A stretch of 64,000 nt of DNA, from NCBI RefSeq assembly GCF_004010195.1, contig NC_057718.1, positions 36,192,501-36,256,500 on the forward strand. The letters run 5' to 3'. A program made the translations under genes and the position numbers. The notes below the pieces were generated by a model, which saw only the letters and a program-made list of their open reading frames with translations, was not told the DNA's origin and searched no databases. This document shows, one piece after another, positions 36,513 through 48,469 of the stretch (positions within the stretch are counted from its first letter, which is position 1; the number at the start of each line of letters is the position of its first letter). The DNA is from Chiloscyllium plagiosum. Its lineage: Eukaryota.

Positions 36513-38869
36513 TATAGAGTCATAGTCTTAGTGTCATACAGCATGGAACACACCCTTCTATCCAATTTGTCCATGCCAACCAGATATCCCAACCCAATCT
36601 AGTCCCACCTACCAGCACCCAGTCCACATCTCTCCAAATCTTTCCTATTCATAAACCCATCCAGATGCCTTTTAAATGTTGCAATTGTACCAGCCTCCAC
36701 CATTTCCTCTGGCAGCTCATTCCATTCATGTACCACCTTCTGCGTGAAAAAGTTGCCCCTTAGGTCTCTTTTATGTCTTTCCCCTCTCACCCTATGCCCT
36801 TTAGTCATGGACTCCCCCACACCAGGGAAGAGACTTTGTCTATTTATCCTATCCATGCCCCTCATGATTTTATAAACCTGTATAAGGTCACCCCTCAGCC
36901 TGCGACGCTCCAGGGAAAATAGCCCAGCCTGTTCAACCTCACCCTATACCTCAAATCCTCCAACCCTGGCAACATCCTTGTAAATCATGTTTGAACCCTT
37001 TTAAGTTTCACAACATTCTTCCGATAGGAAGGAGACCAAAACTGCATGCAATATTCCAAAAGTGGCCGAACCAATGAATTGTACAGCTGCAACATGACCT
37101 CCATAAGACCATAAGACCATAAGACATAGGAGTGGAAGTAAGGCCATTCGGCCCATCGAGTCTACTCCGCCATTCAATCGTGGCTGATGCGCATTTCAGC
37201 TCCACTTACCAGCGTTCTCCCCGTAGCCCTTAATTCCTCTAGACAACAAGAATCTATCAATCTCGGCCTTGAAGATATTTAGTGTCCCGGCTTCCACTGC
37301 ACTCCGTGGCAATGAATTCCACAGGCCCACCACTCTNNNNNNNNNNNNNNNNNNNNNNNNNNNNNNNNNNNNNNNNNNNNNNNNNNNNNNNNNNNNNNNN
37401 NNNNNNNNNNNNNNNNNNNNNNNNNNNNNNNNNNNNNNNNNNNNNNNNNNNNNNNNNNNNNNNNNNNNNNNNNNNNNNNNNNNNNNNNNNNNNNNNNNNN
37501 NNNNNNNNNNNNNNNNNNNNNNNNNNNNNNNNNNNNNNNNNNNNNNNNNNNNNNNNNNNNNNNNNNNNNNNNNNNNNNNNNNNNNNNNNNNNNNNNNNNN
37601 NNNNNNNNNNNNNNNNNNNNNNNNNNNNNNNNNNNNNNNNNNNNNNNNNNNNNNNNNNNNNNNNNNNNNNNNNNNNNNNNNNNNNNNNNNNNNNNNNNNN
37701 NNNNNNNNNNNNNNNNNNNNNNNNNNNNNNNNNNNNNNNNNNNNNNNNNNNNNNNNNNNNNNNNNNNNNNNNNNNNNNNNNNNNNNNNNNNNNNNNNNNN
37801 NNNNNNNNNNNNNNNNNNNNNNNNNNNNNNNNNNNNNNNNNNNNNNNNNNNNNNNNNNNNNNNNNNNNNNNNNNNNNNNNNNNNNNNNNNNNNNNNNNNN
37901 NNNNNNNNNNNNNNNNNNNNNNNNNNNNNNNNNNNNNNNNNNNNNNNNNNNNNNNNNNNNNNNNNNNNNNNNNNNNNNNNNNNNNNNNNNNNNNNNNNNN
38001 NNNNNNNNNNNNNNNNNNNNNNNNNNNNNNNNNNNNNNNNNNNNNNNNNNNNNNNNNNNNNNNNNNNNNNNNNNNNNNNNNNNNNNNNNNNNNNNNNNNN
38101 NNNNNNNNNNNNNNNNNNNNNNNNNNNNNNNNNNNNNNNNNNNNNNNNNNNNNNNNNNNNNNNNNNNNNNNNNNNNNNNNNNNNNNNNNNNNNNNNNNNN
38201 NNNNNNNNNNNNNNNNNNNNNNNNNNNNNNNNNNNNNNNNNNNNNNNNNNNNNNNNNNNNNNNNNNNNNNNNNNNNNNNNNNNNNNNNNNNNNNNNNNNN
38301 NNNNNNNNNNNCCTGACTCCAGTGACTCTTGAAAGATCTCAACCAATGCCTCTGCTATTTCCTCAGCCACCTCTCTCAGAACTCTAGGGTGTATCCCATC
38401 GGGGCCAGGAGATTTATCAATTTTAAGACTTTTTAACTTTTCTAGCACTATCTCTTTCGTATCTCTTTCCCAACTCCTGTACTCAATACTCTGACCAATA
38501 AAGGAAACATATAAAATGCCTTCTTCACTATCTTATCTACCTGCAACTCCACTTTCAAGAAGCTATGAACATGCACTCCAAAGTCTCTTTGTTCAGCAAC
38601 ACTCCCGAGGACCTTACCATTAAGTGAATGAGTCCTGCTAAGATTTGCTTTCCCAAAATGCAGCACCTCACATTTATCTGAATTAAACTCTATCTGCCAC
38701 TTCTCAGCCCATTGGCCCATCTGATCAAGATCCTGTTGTAATCTGAGGTAACCTTCTTCGCTGGCCACTACACCTCCAATTTTGGTGTCATCTGCAAACT
38801 TACTAACTGTACCTCTTATGCTCACATCTAAATCATTTATATAAATGATGAAAAATAGTGGACCCAGCT
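36513..38869 (-). mobile_element. CR1 with a younger CR1 nested at 37102-38460
   Basis: SKFADDTKIGG RT motif; inner element has (CCATAAGA)n tail and KSPGPDGIHPRVLREVA; outer element resumes at 38461. Confidence 0.88.
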
Positions 38870-39117
38870 GAAGCTTTTACTATTTCTCCTTTTCAAATTT
38901 AACATTTTTGCTTCAGATTGAACTATGTTACTTTCAAACAAAATGAAAACCTCTATTATATCATGACCACTCATCCCTGAAGATTCTTTTACAAGTAGGT
39001 TATTAATTAGCCCTTTTTCTTACACAATACTACATCCTGTCTTCTAATCAGTCTTCATATGCTACTCTAGAAAACCACCCCAAGGCAATATAGAAACTAG
39101 TCCTTCACAGCTTAATG

Positions 39118-39965
39118 AGGTAAAAACAATGACTGCAGATGCTGGAAACCAGATTCTGGATTAGTGGTGCTGGAAGAGCACAGCAGTTCAGGCAGCATCC
39201 AAGGAGTTTCGAAATCGACGTTTCGGGCAAAAGCCCTTCATCAGGAATAAAGGCAGTGAGCCTGAAGCGTGGAAAGATAAGCTAGAGGAGGGTGGGGGTG
39301 GGGAGAAAGTAGCATAGAGTACAATGGATGAGTGGGGGAGGGGATGAAGGTGATAGAGGAGATTGTGGAGTTGATAGGTGGAAAAGGAGATAGGCAGGTA
39401 GGACAAGTCCGGACAAGTCATAGGGAAGGTGCTGAGCTGGAAGTTTAGAACTAGGGTGAGGTGGGGGAAGGGGAAATGAGGAAACTGTTGAAGTCCACAT
39501 TGATGCCCTGGGGTTGAAGTGTTCCGAGGTGGAAGATGAGGCGTTCTTCCTCCAGGCGTCTGGTGGTGAGGGAGCGGCGGTGAAGGAGGCCCAGGACCTC
39601 CATGTCCTTGGCAGAGTGGGAGGGGGAGTTGAAATGTTGGGCCACAGGTCGGTGTGGTTGATTGGTGCGGGTGTCCCGGAGATGTTCCCTAAAGCGCTCT
39701 GCTAGGAGTCGCCCAGTCTCCCCAATGTAGCGGAGACCGCATCGGGAGGAACAGATACAATAAATGATATTAGTGGATGTGCAAGTAAAACTTTGATGGA
39801 TGTGGAAAGCTCCTTTAGGGCCTTGGATAGAGGTGAGGGAGGAGGTGTGGGCGCAGGTTTTACAGTTCCTGCGGTGGCAGGGGAAAGTGCCAGGATGGGA
39901 GGGTGGGTCGTAAGGGGGCGTGGACCTGACCAGGTAGTCACGGAGGGAACGGTCTTTGCGGAACG
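39118..39965 (-). mobile_element. Penelope-like element 3' part: GIY-YIG endonuclease and terminal repeat
   Basis: IIYCICSSRCGLRYIGETGRLLAERFREH...LEEERLIFHLGTLQPQGIN; hammerhead CTGATGA-AGGGC TTTT GCCC-GAAAC-GTC at 39244-39217. Confidence 0.92.
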
Positions 39966-42285
39966 GTCCCGAGGGAGTACTGGAGAACAAAAGGACATTG
40001 GTGTCCAAATCCATAGATCCCTGAAGGATCCACGCAGGTAGACAGGATGGTGAAGAAAGGATATGGGTGCTTGCCTTCATTAGCTAGGGTGAAGAATACA
40101 AGAGCAAGGAAGTCTTGCTGCAGTTCTGATCAGAAGGACACAATTGCACTGGTGAGGGTGCAGAGACGATACAGCAGGATGTTACTCAGGATGAAAAGTC
40201 TGAGTTATGCAGACAGATTGGATAGGCTGTGTTTGTTTTCCCTGGAGTAGAGGAGATTGAGGGGGGAATCTAAGTTACGTATACAAAATTAAGAGGTGCA
40301 TCGATAAAGTAGATTGTGAGAATCTCTTTCCTACGGCAGACATGTCTAAGACCACAGGGCGCAAGTTTAAGGTGAGGATGAAGTAGTTTAGAGATCTGAG
40401 GGAAAGATTTTTCATCCAGAGGGAGGTAAAAATATGGAAGGCATGCTTGAGAAGGTGGTGGTTGCAGGTACTCTCGCAACATTTAAGAAGCATTTGGGAT
40501 GAGTACTTAAAATGCCAGGGCACAGCAAACTATAGACCAAATGTACATAAATAGGATTGGTGTAATTTAGAGTTAGTTGGTTAGTACAAGCATGGCAACC
40601 AAAAGACCCGTTTCTATGCTGTACGACTTGATCACTAGAATGCAGATTCACAGTTGGACTTTGCATCCTTATGTGAGATAGAGTTGGAGGAAAAGTTGAG
40701 CGAGGAGAAAAATAACAGGGTAATGTTAGTAGGTGAGGAAGTTTAAAGGGGGATTAGGAGAGGAAAAAAGGAGTATGAAAGGACACCGGCAAGTAAAATA
40801 AAGGAAAATCCTAAGTTGTTTTACAAGCATTAAGGTTAAAATGATAACAAGGGAAAGCATAGGGCCCATTAAGGATCACAGTCTAAACTAATCCTTCCCC
40901 AATATTAAAAGGAGTGGTCATGGTGTAAAAGTTTGGTGGGAGTGGAATTCTTAAAATGCATCCAGAACAACTTTTAAGGCCAGTACACAGAAAGTCCTAC
41001 AAGAAAGGGAGTAATCCTGGACATAATTTTAGGTAATGAAGCTGGGCAAATGGTTGGAACATGAGTGGAAAAACATTTTGCAAACAGAGATCATAACTCT
41101 ATTAGTTTCAGGACTGCAACAGAAAAGGACAGGGCTGAGCTTGAAATCAAAATTCTCAAGTGGGCGGCACAGTGGTTAGCACTGCTGCCTCACAGCGCCA
41201 GAGACCCGGGTTCAATTCCCGCCTCAGGTAACTGACTGTGTGGAGTTTGCACGTTCTCCCCGTGTCTGTGTGGGTTTCCTCTAGGTGCTCCGGTTTCCTC
41301 CCACAGTCCAAAGATGTGCAGGTTAGGTGAATTGGCCATTCTAAATTGCCCGTAGTGTTAGGTGATGGGGTAAATGTAGGGGAATGGGTCTGGGTGGGTT
41401 GCGCTTCAGCAGCTCGGTGTGGACGTGTTGGGCCAATGGGCCTGTTTCCATATTGTAAGTAAAGTAATCGAACTGAGGAAAGCTGATTTTAATAAAATCA
41501 GATGTGATTTGGCCAGAGTGGACTAACAGCAGATACTTTTGAATAAATCTGTCTCAGAACTAGGGGATGCATTCAAGAACAAAGTGTGGAGAAACAGCAC
41601 CAATATGTTCCAAAAAACAAGGGGTGGGACCATAACATTTTCTGAATCCTGGATAGCAAAGGATATACAGTATTGGATTCAGAAAAAAAGTGAGGCTTGT
41701 CACAGATCAGAGGGCTCAAATCAGCAGAAGCCCAACAGGAATTTGAATGTGCAAGAGGAATTTTAAAGGGGGGCTTAGGAGAACGAAAGGATACTGGCAA
41801 GTAAAATAAAAGGAAAATCCTAAGTTGTTTTATAAGCATAAAAGTTAAAATGATAACAAGGGAAAGCATAGGGCCCATTCAGGATCACAGTCTAAATGAA
41901 TACTTTGGATCGATGTTCATGAGTGAGAAGGAAGAAATAGTAGGGGGAGATGGCAAAAGGTTTCAATTATTCCCTGGCCACAGGACTGGAGGACAGCCAA
42001 TGTTGTACAGTTATTCAAGGGACAAACCAGCAAAACGACAGGCCAGTCAGTCTAACCACGGTGGTGGGAAACTGTTGGAAGCAATTCTGAGGGAGAATTA
42101 ATCTACTTTAGAGAGGCAGGGATTAATCAAGAACAGTCAACATGGTTTTGTCAAGGAGGTGATTGAACTTATCAACAAGGTGACAAGTTGTGTAGATAAG
42201 GATTATGTTTTTGGCATTGTCTACTTGGATTTCAAAAGATTCTGTATGGGAGACATAGCCCAAGGATATTTCGTGAATTGCATCC
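39966..42285 (+). mobile_element. Decayed plus-strand CR1 fragments
   Basis: VQRRYSRML, LFSLE, VYLDF motifs with many deletions. Confidence 0.75.
41162..41467 (+). mobile_element. HE1-type SINE
   Basis: Full head and CR1-like tail. Confidence 0.9.
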
Positions 42286-42289
42286 TCAA

Positions 42290-43158
42290 TTCTGAAGTGT
42301 GGAGAGATAAGCTAGAGGAGGGTGGGGGTGGAGATAGCCTAGCATAGAGTTGAGTTTGTTTCAGGACATGGTTGAAGAGTTTCAGGGCTGAGGAAATGAC
42401 CTGGGATTTGCAGTGGGAGAAGGACTCCCTGAGATTCTTGTAGAGAGAGGAGGAAAACTTCTTCAAGGCAGGCATCCTTGCAAGAGGATTTGCAGTAGGG
42501 TTAAAATCAACGAGGTAAAAACAATGACTGCAGATGCTGGAAACCAGAGTCAAGATTAGAGTTGTGCTGGAAAAGCACAGCAGTTCAGGCAGCATCTGAG
42601 GAGCAGTAAAATCTTTTACAGTTTTTGATGTTTGAGATGGAGTTGAAATACTGTTTGTTGAGAGTATGGATTCTCCTGAGGATGTAGTACAGAGTGGGTC
42701 CTTTGCAATTTTGAGAGAGTGTGGCCCTCAGCTGAGGCAGGGCAGACTGTAGAGAGGTTAGGTGCCGGCGCATTGCTGCAAGCGTGGAGCGGAGGATCTT
42801 GAAGGAGAACTGTTGCTGGTGTTTTTGAATCTGTAGTCTGTACTGTTTGTCCTGTTCGGGTCCGAACTCTGCTGGTTTAAAGGTGGTCCGGAGTCCATGT
42901 GGGATGAGTTGGTTATGGAGGCAGGCACTGAGGAAGCAAATGTGGCTGTAGTAGCGGGTTTGTTTCACGACATAGTTGAAGAGCTTCAGGGCAGAGGAAA
43001 TGACCTGGGAGTTGCAGGGGAGAGGGACTCCCTGAGATTCTTGTAGAGAGAGGAGGAAAACTTCTTCAAGGCAGGCATACTTGCAAGAGGATTCACAGTA
43101 GGGTTAAAATCAACGAGGTAAAAACAATGACTGCGGATGCTGGAAACCAGATTCTGGA
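42290..43158 (-). mobile_element. Penelope-like 5' parts: tandem terminal repeats and ORF N-terminus
   Basis: ~200-bp direct repeat (42355-42550 vs 42960-43158); ORF KQTRYYSHICFLSACLHNQLIPHGL; shares terminus with 39118. Confidence 0.8.
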
Positions 43159-43534
43159 TTAATGCTCAATTGGTTAATCCAGTCTATACATAAATTACTG
43201 GCTTGAACAAGTTTCCCTCCGTGCCTGTAACAGGACATGATCTCCTCATCTTACCTCATACCACGCTCACACAATGACTACTATTTTGTGGCCTATAAAT
43301 AACTCCAAACAATGTCTTCCACCCTTTCCTTTTTCTTAGTTTAGCCCAAACAGATTCCACACATTGTTCTTCCAATCTGAGATCCTCCCCTTCTAATGTA
43401 TCAATTGCACCTTTTTTATCAGTTCAACTCCACCTCCTTTCCTTCTCAGCTATCCTTCCCAAATATCATATATCCTTAAATATACAATTCTCAATCCTGG
43501 ATGTTTCTGTAATGGCAATTGTACCACAACCATT

Positions 43535-44285
43535 TAGAACATAGAACATAGAATGTAGAACAGCACAATATAGGCCCTTTGGTCCTCGATGTTGTGCTAA
43601 CCTTTTATCCTACTCTAAGACCGAACTAATGTACATATCCTGCATTTAACTATCATTCATGTGCCTATCCAAGAGTTGCTTAAATGTCCCAAATGTATCT
43701 GACTCTACAACCACTGCTGGCAGTGCATTCCACGCACCCACCATTTCTGTTTTAAAGAACCTACCTCTGACATCTCCCTTAAACCTTCCTCCAATCATCT
43801 TAAAATAATGCCCCCTCATGATAGCCATTTCTACTTTGGGAAAAAGTCTCTGGCTATCCACCTCATCTATGCCTCTCATCATCTTGTACACATCTATCAA
43901 GTTGCCTCTCATCCTTCTTTGCTCCAATGAGAAAAGCCCTAGCTCCCTCAATCTTTCTTCATAAAAGCTTTATTCCAGTCCAGACAGCATCCTGGTAAAT
44001 CTCCTCTGCACCCTATCTGAAGTTTCCACATCCTTCCTATAATGAGGCAACCAGAACTGAACACAGTATTCTAAGTGTAGTCTAACCAGGGCTTTATAGA
44101 GTTGTAGCATAACTTCACGGCTCTTAAACTCAATCCCCCAGCTAATGAAAGTCAACACACCATATGCTTTCTTAACAACCCTATCAACTTGGGTGGCAAC
44201 TATGGATGTGGACCCCAAACTCCCTCAGTTCCTCCACACTGCCAAGAATCCCACCTTTAACCCTGTATTCTGCATTCAAATTCAA
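43535..44285 (-). mobile_element. CR1 3' fragment
   Basis: LVRLHLEYCVQFW, VQRRFTRML; (TAGAACA)n tail. Confidence 0.9.
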
Positions 44286-47054
44286 CCAATTCATGATATC
44301 TATTCATGACTTTAGATCATTGATCTTATTGTGAATGCTGCATGCATTCAGATGCTGTGAACTTGTCTGCGTATTTTTGGGAATACGCATATGCAGGTCA
44401 TAATTGATTCTCAGCTTAGGTTTTCCTATTTCCTTGTCTCCTTCACAGCTGTTCTACTTTCTGTAACCAGTTTAATTCCCTTCCTCAGGTTTCCATCCTC
44501 CTGGCATGTTCATTCAAACCAACTCCAACGGAAAGAATAAACCTCCTTGTGAGGATATCAGTCCTCGTACTGTTAAGATATAACCTGTTTAGCTTGTACA
44601 GGTCTCACCTGAGCTAGAACTGATCCAACTGCCTCCAAAATCTGCTACCATCCCCACTAAACCAAATCTACACCCAAATGTTCAGTTGTATGAATCCTCC
44701 TGTTCTTATGGTCACTCACGTGTGAAGCTGGGAGTAATCCAGAGATTATTTCTTGTCAGATTTTGCTTTTTAATTTCCATCCTAACTCCCTGGTTTATGC
44801 TTTCATAACCTCTTCCAGCCTACATTGTTGGCACCATGTGGACAATGGCTTCTCCTTGATCTCCCCTGGCATCAGGGAGGCATCACCCTATCCTGGGGTC
44901 ACGTTTCATGCATGCATTTCCTGACTATAGAATACCCCAAGATCATTGCACTTCCATTCTTCTTTCTTTTCCCCTGCCCACCACCGATTCCCACCATCCC
45001 CCCCCCCCCCCACCCCACCCCCACCCCCCACTCCAACCCCCTCTCCTCTCCACATACAGATGAGATGCTACAGCTCTTGATGCCATGGACTTACCTCACA
45101 ATGCACAGGATCCACTCTCCAAAGAACCATTGCCTTTCACTGGTTTCCAAAATGGAATTGCAAGTGTCAAGCTCAATTGTCTCAGGGGACTCCTGCCTTA
45201 CCTGCCTAGTTTTCATCGACTACCTAATAGTTAACCATTCCCTTTCTGACTGTTAGCTTCTAACCTGCAGTGTGACCACTGTTCTGTATGTGCTATCACA
45301 CAGAGGTCTGCTTTGTGGATGCACAGCAGTGATCCCAGCCACTGCTCAAGTTCCGGAAACCTGGACCTCAAGCTTGTGCAGCTGGTGACACTTCCTGCAG
45401 ATGGGTTCATCTAGGACATCTAGATGCATTTCTTCATATATAATGGTGGATGGACACTTCATTTGCCTTTGTTAATACAGCATCCCTTCGCTCAGAAATC
45501 TATTTATTGCCTTTAGCATTATTATAAACCCCTCATACTGGTAACTCAACATTACTTCACTTTCAATAACATTTTTTCCTGCTTTTCTACTTATTTTATT
45601 GTACTTTGATTTAATTTAGTTTGACTTTTTTTTTCTCTAGTGGTCCTTCCTGAAATCCTTGTATCTCTTCCATAATTATTGACACAATTTTTAGTTTTGG
45701 ACTGACTCCAGAACAGCAACTTCTCACCAATGAATAAAGTTAGAGGTTTTCTGTGACATCACACTCAGACTGTCTCTGCACTGTGTTCAGAATCCCCACT
45801 CACTGCAGTCTTTTTCAAGTTGTTGCCCCTTCTCTGAGAGCTGTGTTCAGAATGAATTCACTCCCTAAACTCCACGCTTTTTACAAACGTGGTTCTCACT
45901 TTCTCAGCACTATGTTCAAAATGTAACCCCTTACTGCTCTCTGCCCTCTGCCCTCTTTTCAAACTTGCTGACACTTCCTTCGACACTGTATTGAGAATGA
46001 AGCCACATCCTGCTGACTGCATGCATATCTTCAGTCACTTTTTCACTTGTAACTTGTAGAATGTTGACATTGAGACTTTTCTCATTAGGCCATAAGACAT
46101 AAGAGCACTCATGGCCTATCAACCCAACATAGACAATCTCTTGAACATCTTGTATTATCACTATTGTTAGTTAAAAATATTTCCTGAGATTGATAAATTG
46201 AAGAAAAAATCAAACTTGAGAGAAAGGTGAAAGAGGCTCCACTCCAAATTTTGCAAACTTTAATAACTTACATATTTATGGCATTAACTTTTACCTATCA
46301 AAATGGACCAACAAACCCTATTCTCCGTATTTGGTTCAGATTTCCAGCATCAGCAGTATTTTGCTTTCAGTCTGCTTGTCAGCTGAACAATGACCATCAG
46401 ATAATGAAGCGAACACAAACATTGATGGGTGTGAAATTGCAAATTTCCTCTAAACATTCCTGTACAATCCTAGACAGCAGATGTGACTAACTGAATACAT
46501 TAATAAATTTAGAACTGCAAAAATGTTGCATTAAATGGCATCATATTCCTCAAAGCAACATTTGGACAAAACCATTCAGGATACCAATTAGCAATGTGTA
46601 ACATGAAAAAAAAAATTTATTTATAAAGGGTGTTTTATAATATCCCAATGGTTCAGAGTTCCTAGACATGGGACACTAGCTTCTTTGCAAATGGGGTCAG
46701 TTAGAGTCAATAAGATCAACGGGGAATGCTGCAATCAGAGATTGGAGTCAAACTTGGATGTGTTCCTGGCTGAAAGTGAAAGGGCAGGTTTAAGTTTTCT
46801 GTCTGATAATGACTACTATCGTTTTAACATGAGGATTTAAATTGTTCATGTGACATTACTGCTTCTCTCAATTTAAGGCATTAATAGCAACTTACAGTTA
46901 TGTGGAAGCTTTCACATATTAAACCCCCTCAAGGTGCTCACAGATGATCAATTGCAGAGGTCACTTTTATCTTGCGTGTCTTAATTGAGGTTAGAGAGAT
47001 TTAAGGAGGGAATTCCAGAGCTACTGACCTCAGCACCTGAAAATGTGACAACAT

Positions 47055-47285
47055 GGGTTTCCTCCCACAATCCAATGTGCAGGCTAGGGTGAATTGGCCA
47101 TGCTAAATTGTCCATCGAGTTCAGGGATGTGTAGGTTAGGTGCATTAATCAGGGGGAAATGTAGAGTAATAGGGTTGGGAAATGGGTCTGGCTGGGTTAC
47201 TCTTCGGAGGGTTGATATGGACTTGTTGAGCTGAAGGGCTTGTTTCCACACTGTAGAGGTTCTAATTCTAATTCTAATTCTAAAC
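47055..47285 (+). mobile_element. 5'-truncated HE1-type SINE
   Basis: GGTGAATTGGCCATGCTAAATTG body and (TCTAAT)n tail. Confidence 0.8.
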
Positions 47286-48191
47286 TGCTTTACAATCAAT
47301 TAAGTATTTTATAAGTTTGGCCATTGTTGTAATAACCAAGGTGGTGATAACTTGCACACTGCAAGATTCCTCAGTATTGTGAAATGGTCAGATAACATGT
47401 TTTATTGCCCTGAAGCTGCAGTGAACTGAACTGTTCTTGTTCAATATAGTGGTATGGAATCTTTTACCTTGACCTGAGTGTTGCTTTAAATCTTATCTGA
47501 AAGATGGCAGCTCTTACCAGTGGAAACCCTTAGTACTTAATGAGTAGAGACCTGGCATAATTGAATTCATCATATTTGGACACTATTATGATTGGAGTAT
47601 GTCAATTTATACTGATAAAATGAGCCAAAATTCCTGCCACAATGCAGGTTGTCCCTTGCTATTTAGTGATAATATTCATGTGTTACTCTGTTAGGCAATT
47701 TCCCAGAATTCCAGCTATGCTTCCATTTAATTGACAACTTACTGAATCCTTCAGTGACATGTTACTATGCTTCAGGCTTCCTTAGACATTTAGTTCCTGT
47801 TTTCCACCACCTACGATTTGGTTGCACTTCTGTATAGCAGAGAGGAGCAACAGACCAAGGAACCGAATTAGGAAAGCAAACTTTTCTCAATTGGTATTCA
47901 GTCAATATCCACAAAGGTTCCACTTACCACAGCTCTATATAAAGAATCTTGTAGGTTTGTACCATTTAACTCATTCATTAGCTATTGAGAACATGACGGG
48001 TGACTATTGCATGGATATTGTGACTTTTTAAAAATTCATTGTTGTTCATAAAATCATATTTTCAGAAAACAGATGCTTGAATTTCTATGATTTTATTAGT
48101 GGGTTATAAATTAAGATGAAATCTGGACCTCCATCCTGATGGTGTGATAAAGAAATAACCTGCATTTACAAAGAGAAAACTTAATCTCAAC

Positions 48192-48405
48192 TAGGGGCCT
48201 CAGTTAGCTCATTAGGCTGGATTGTCATGCAAATTGACACCAAGAGTGTGGGTTCCATACCTGTCTTAGCTGAAGGTTCATCAAAAATCAAACCTTTGCA
48301 ACCTTGTCCCTTACTTGAAGCATTGGCGATCTTCAGGTTAAACCACCACCGGTTATTTCTCTGCAATGAGAGAGCAGACCAATGGTCCTCTGGGACTTTA
48401 CCATA
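48192..48405 (+). mobile_element. Old tRNA-derived SINE
   Basis: TAGCTCA..GG A-box and GGGTTCCATACC B-box-like head. Confidence 0.55.
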
Positions 48406-48469
48406 CATATTGGGTTTATTAACTAATTGCCTCATACAGAAGGAATCCCTAGGATACAGTAGGCATAAT

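Larger units (their letters stand above)
35460..45900 (-). mobile_element. Old near-full-length CR1 fragmented by nested insertions
   Basis: ORF1 zinc finger ICRKCHQL (~45390) and esterase-like DLYK.N.L.LN (~44590); endonuclease pieces at 43165-43530 and 38870-39117; RIHSRVLKEVA at 35560-35595. Confidence 0.7.

Noticed and set aside
37257..38448. Long ORFs of 340-390 aa (also at 18644-19619, 23297-24155, 48982-49454)
   Set aside because: Mostly X from assembly gaps.
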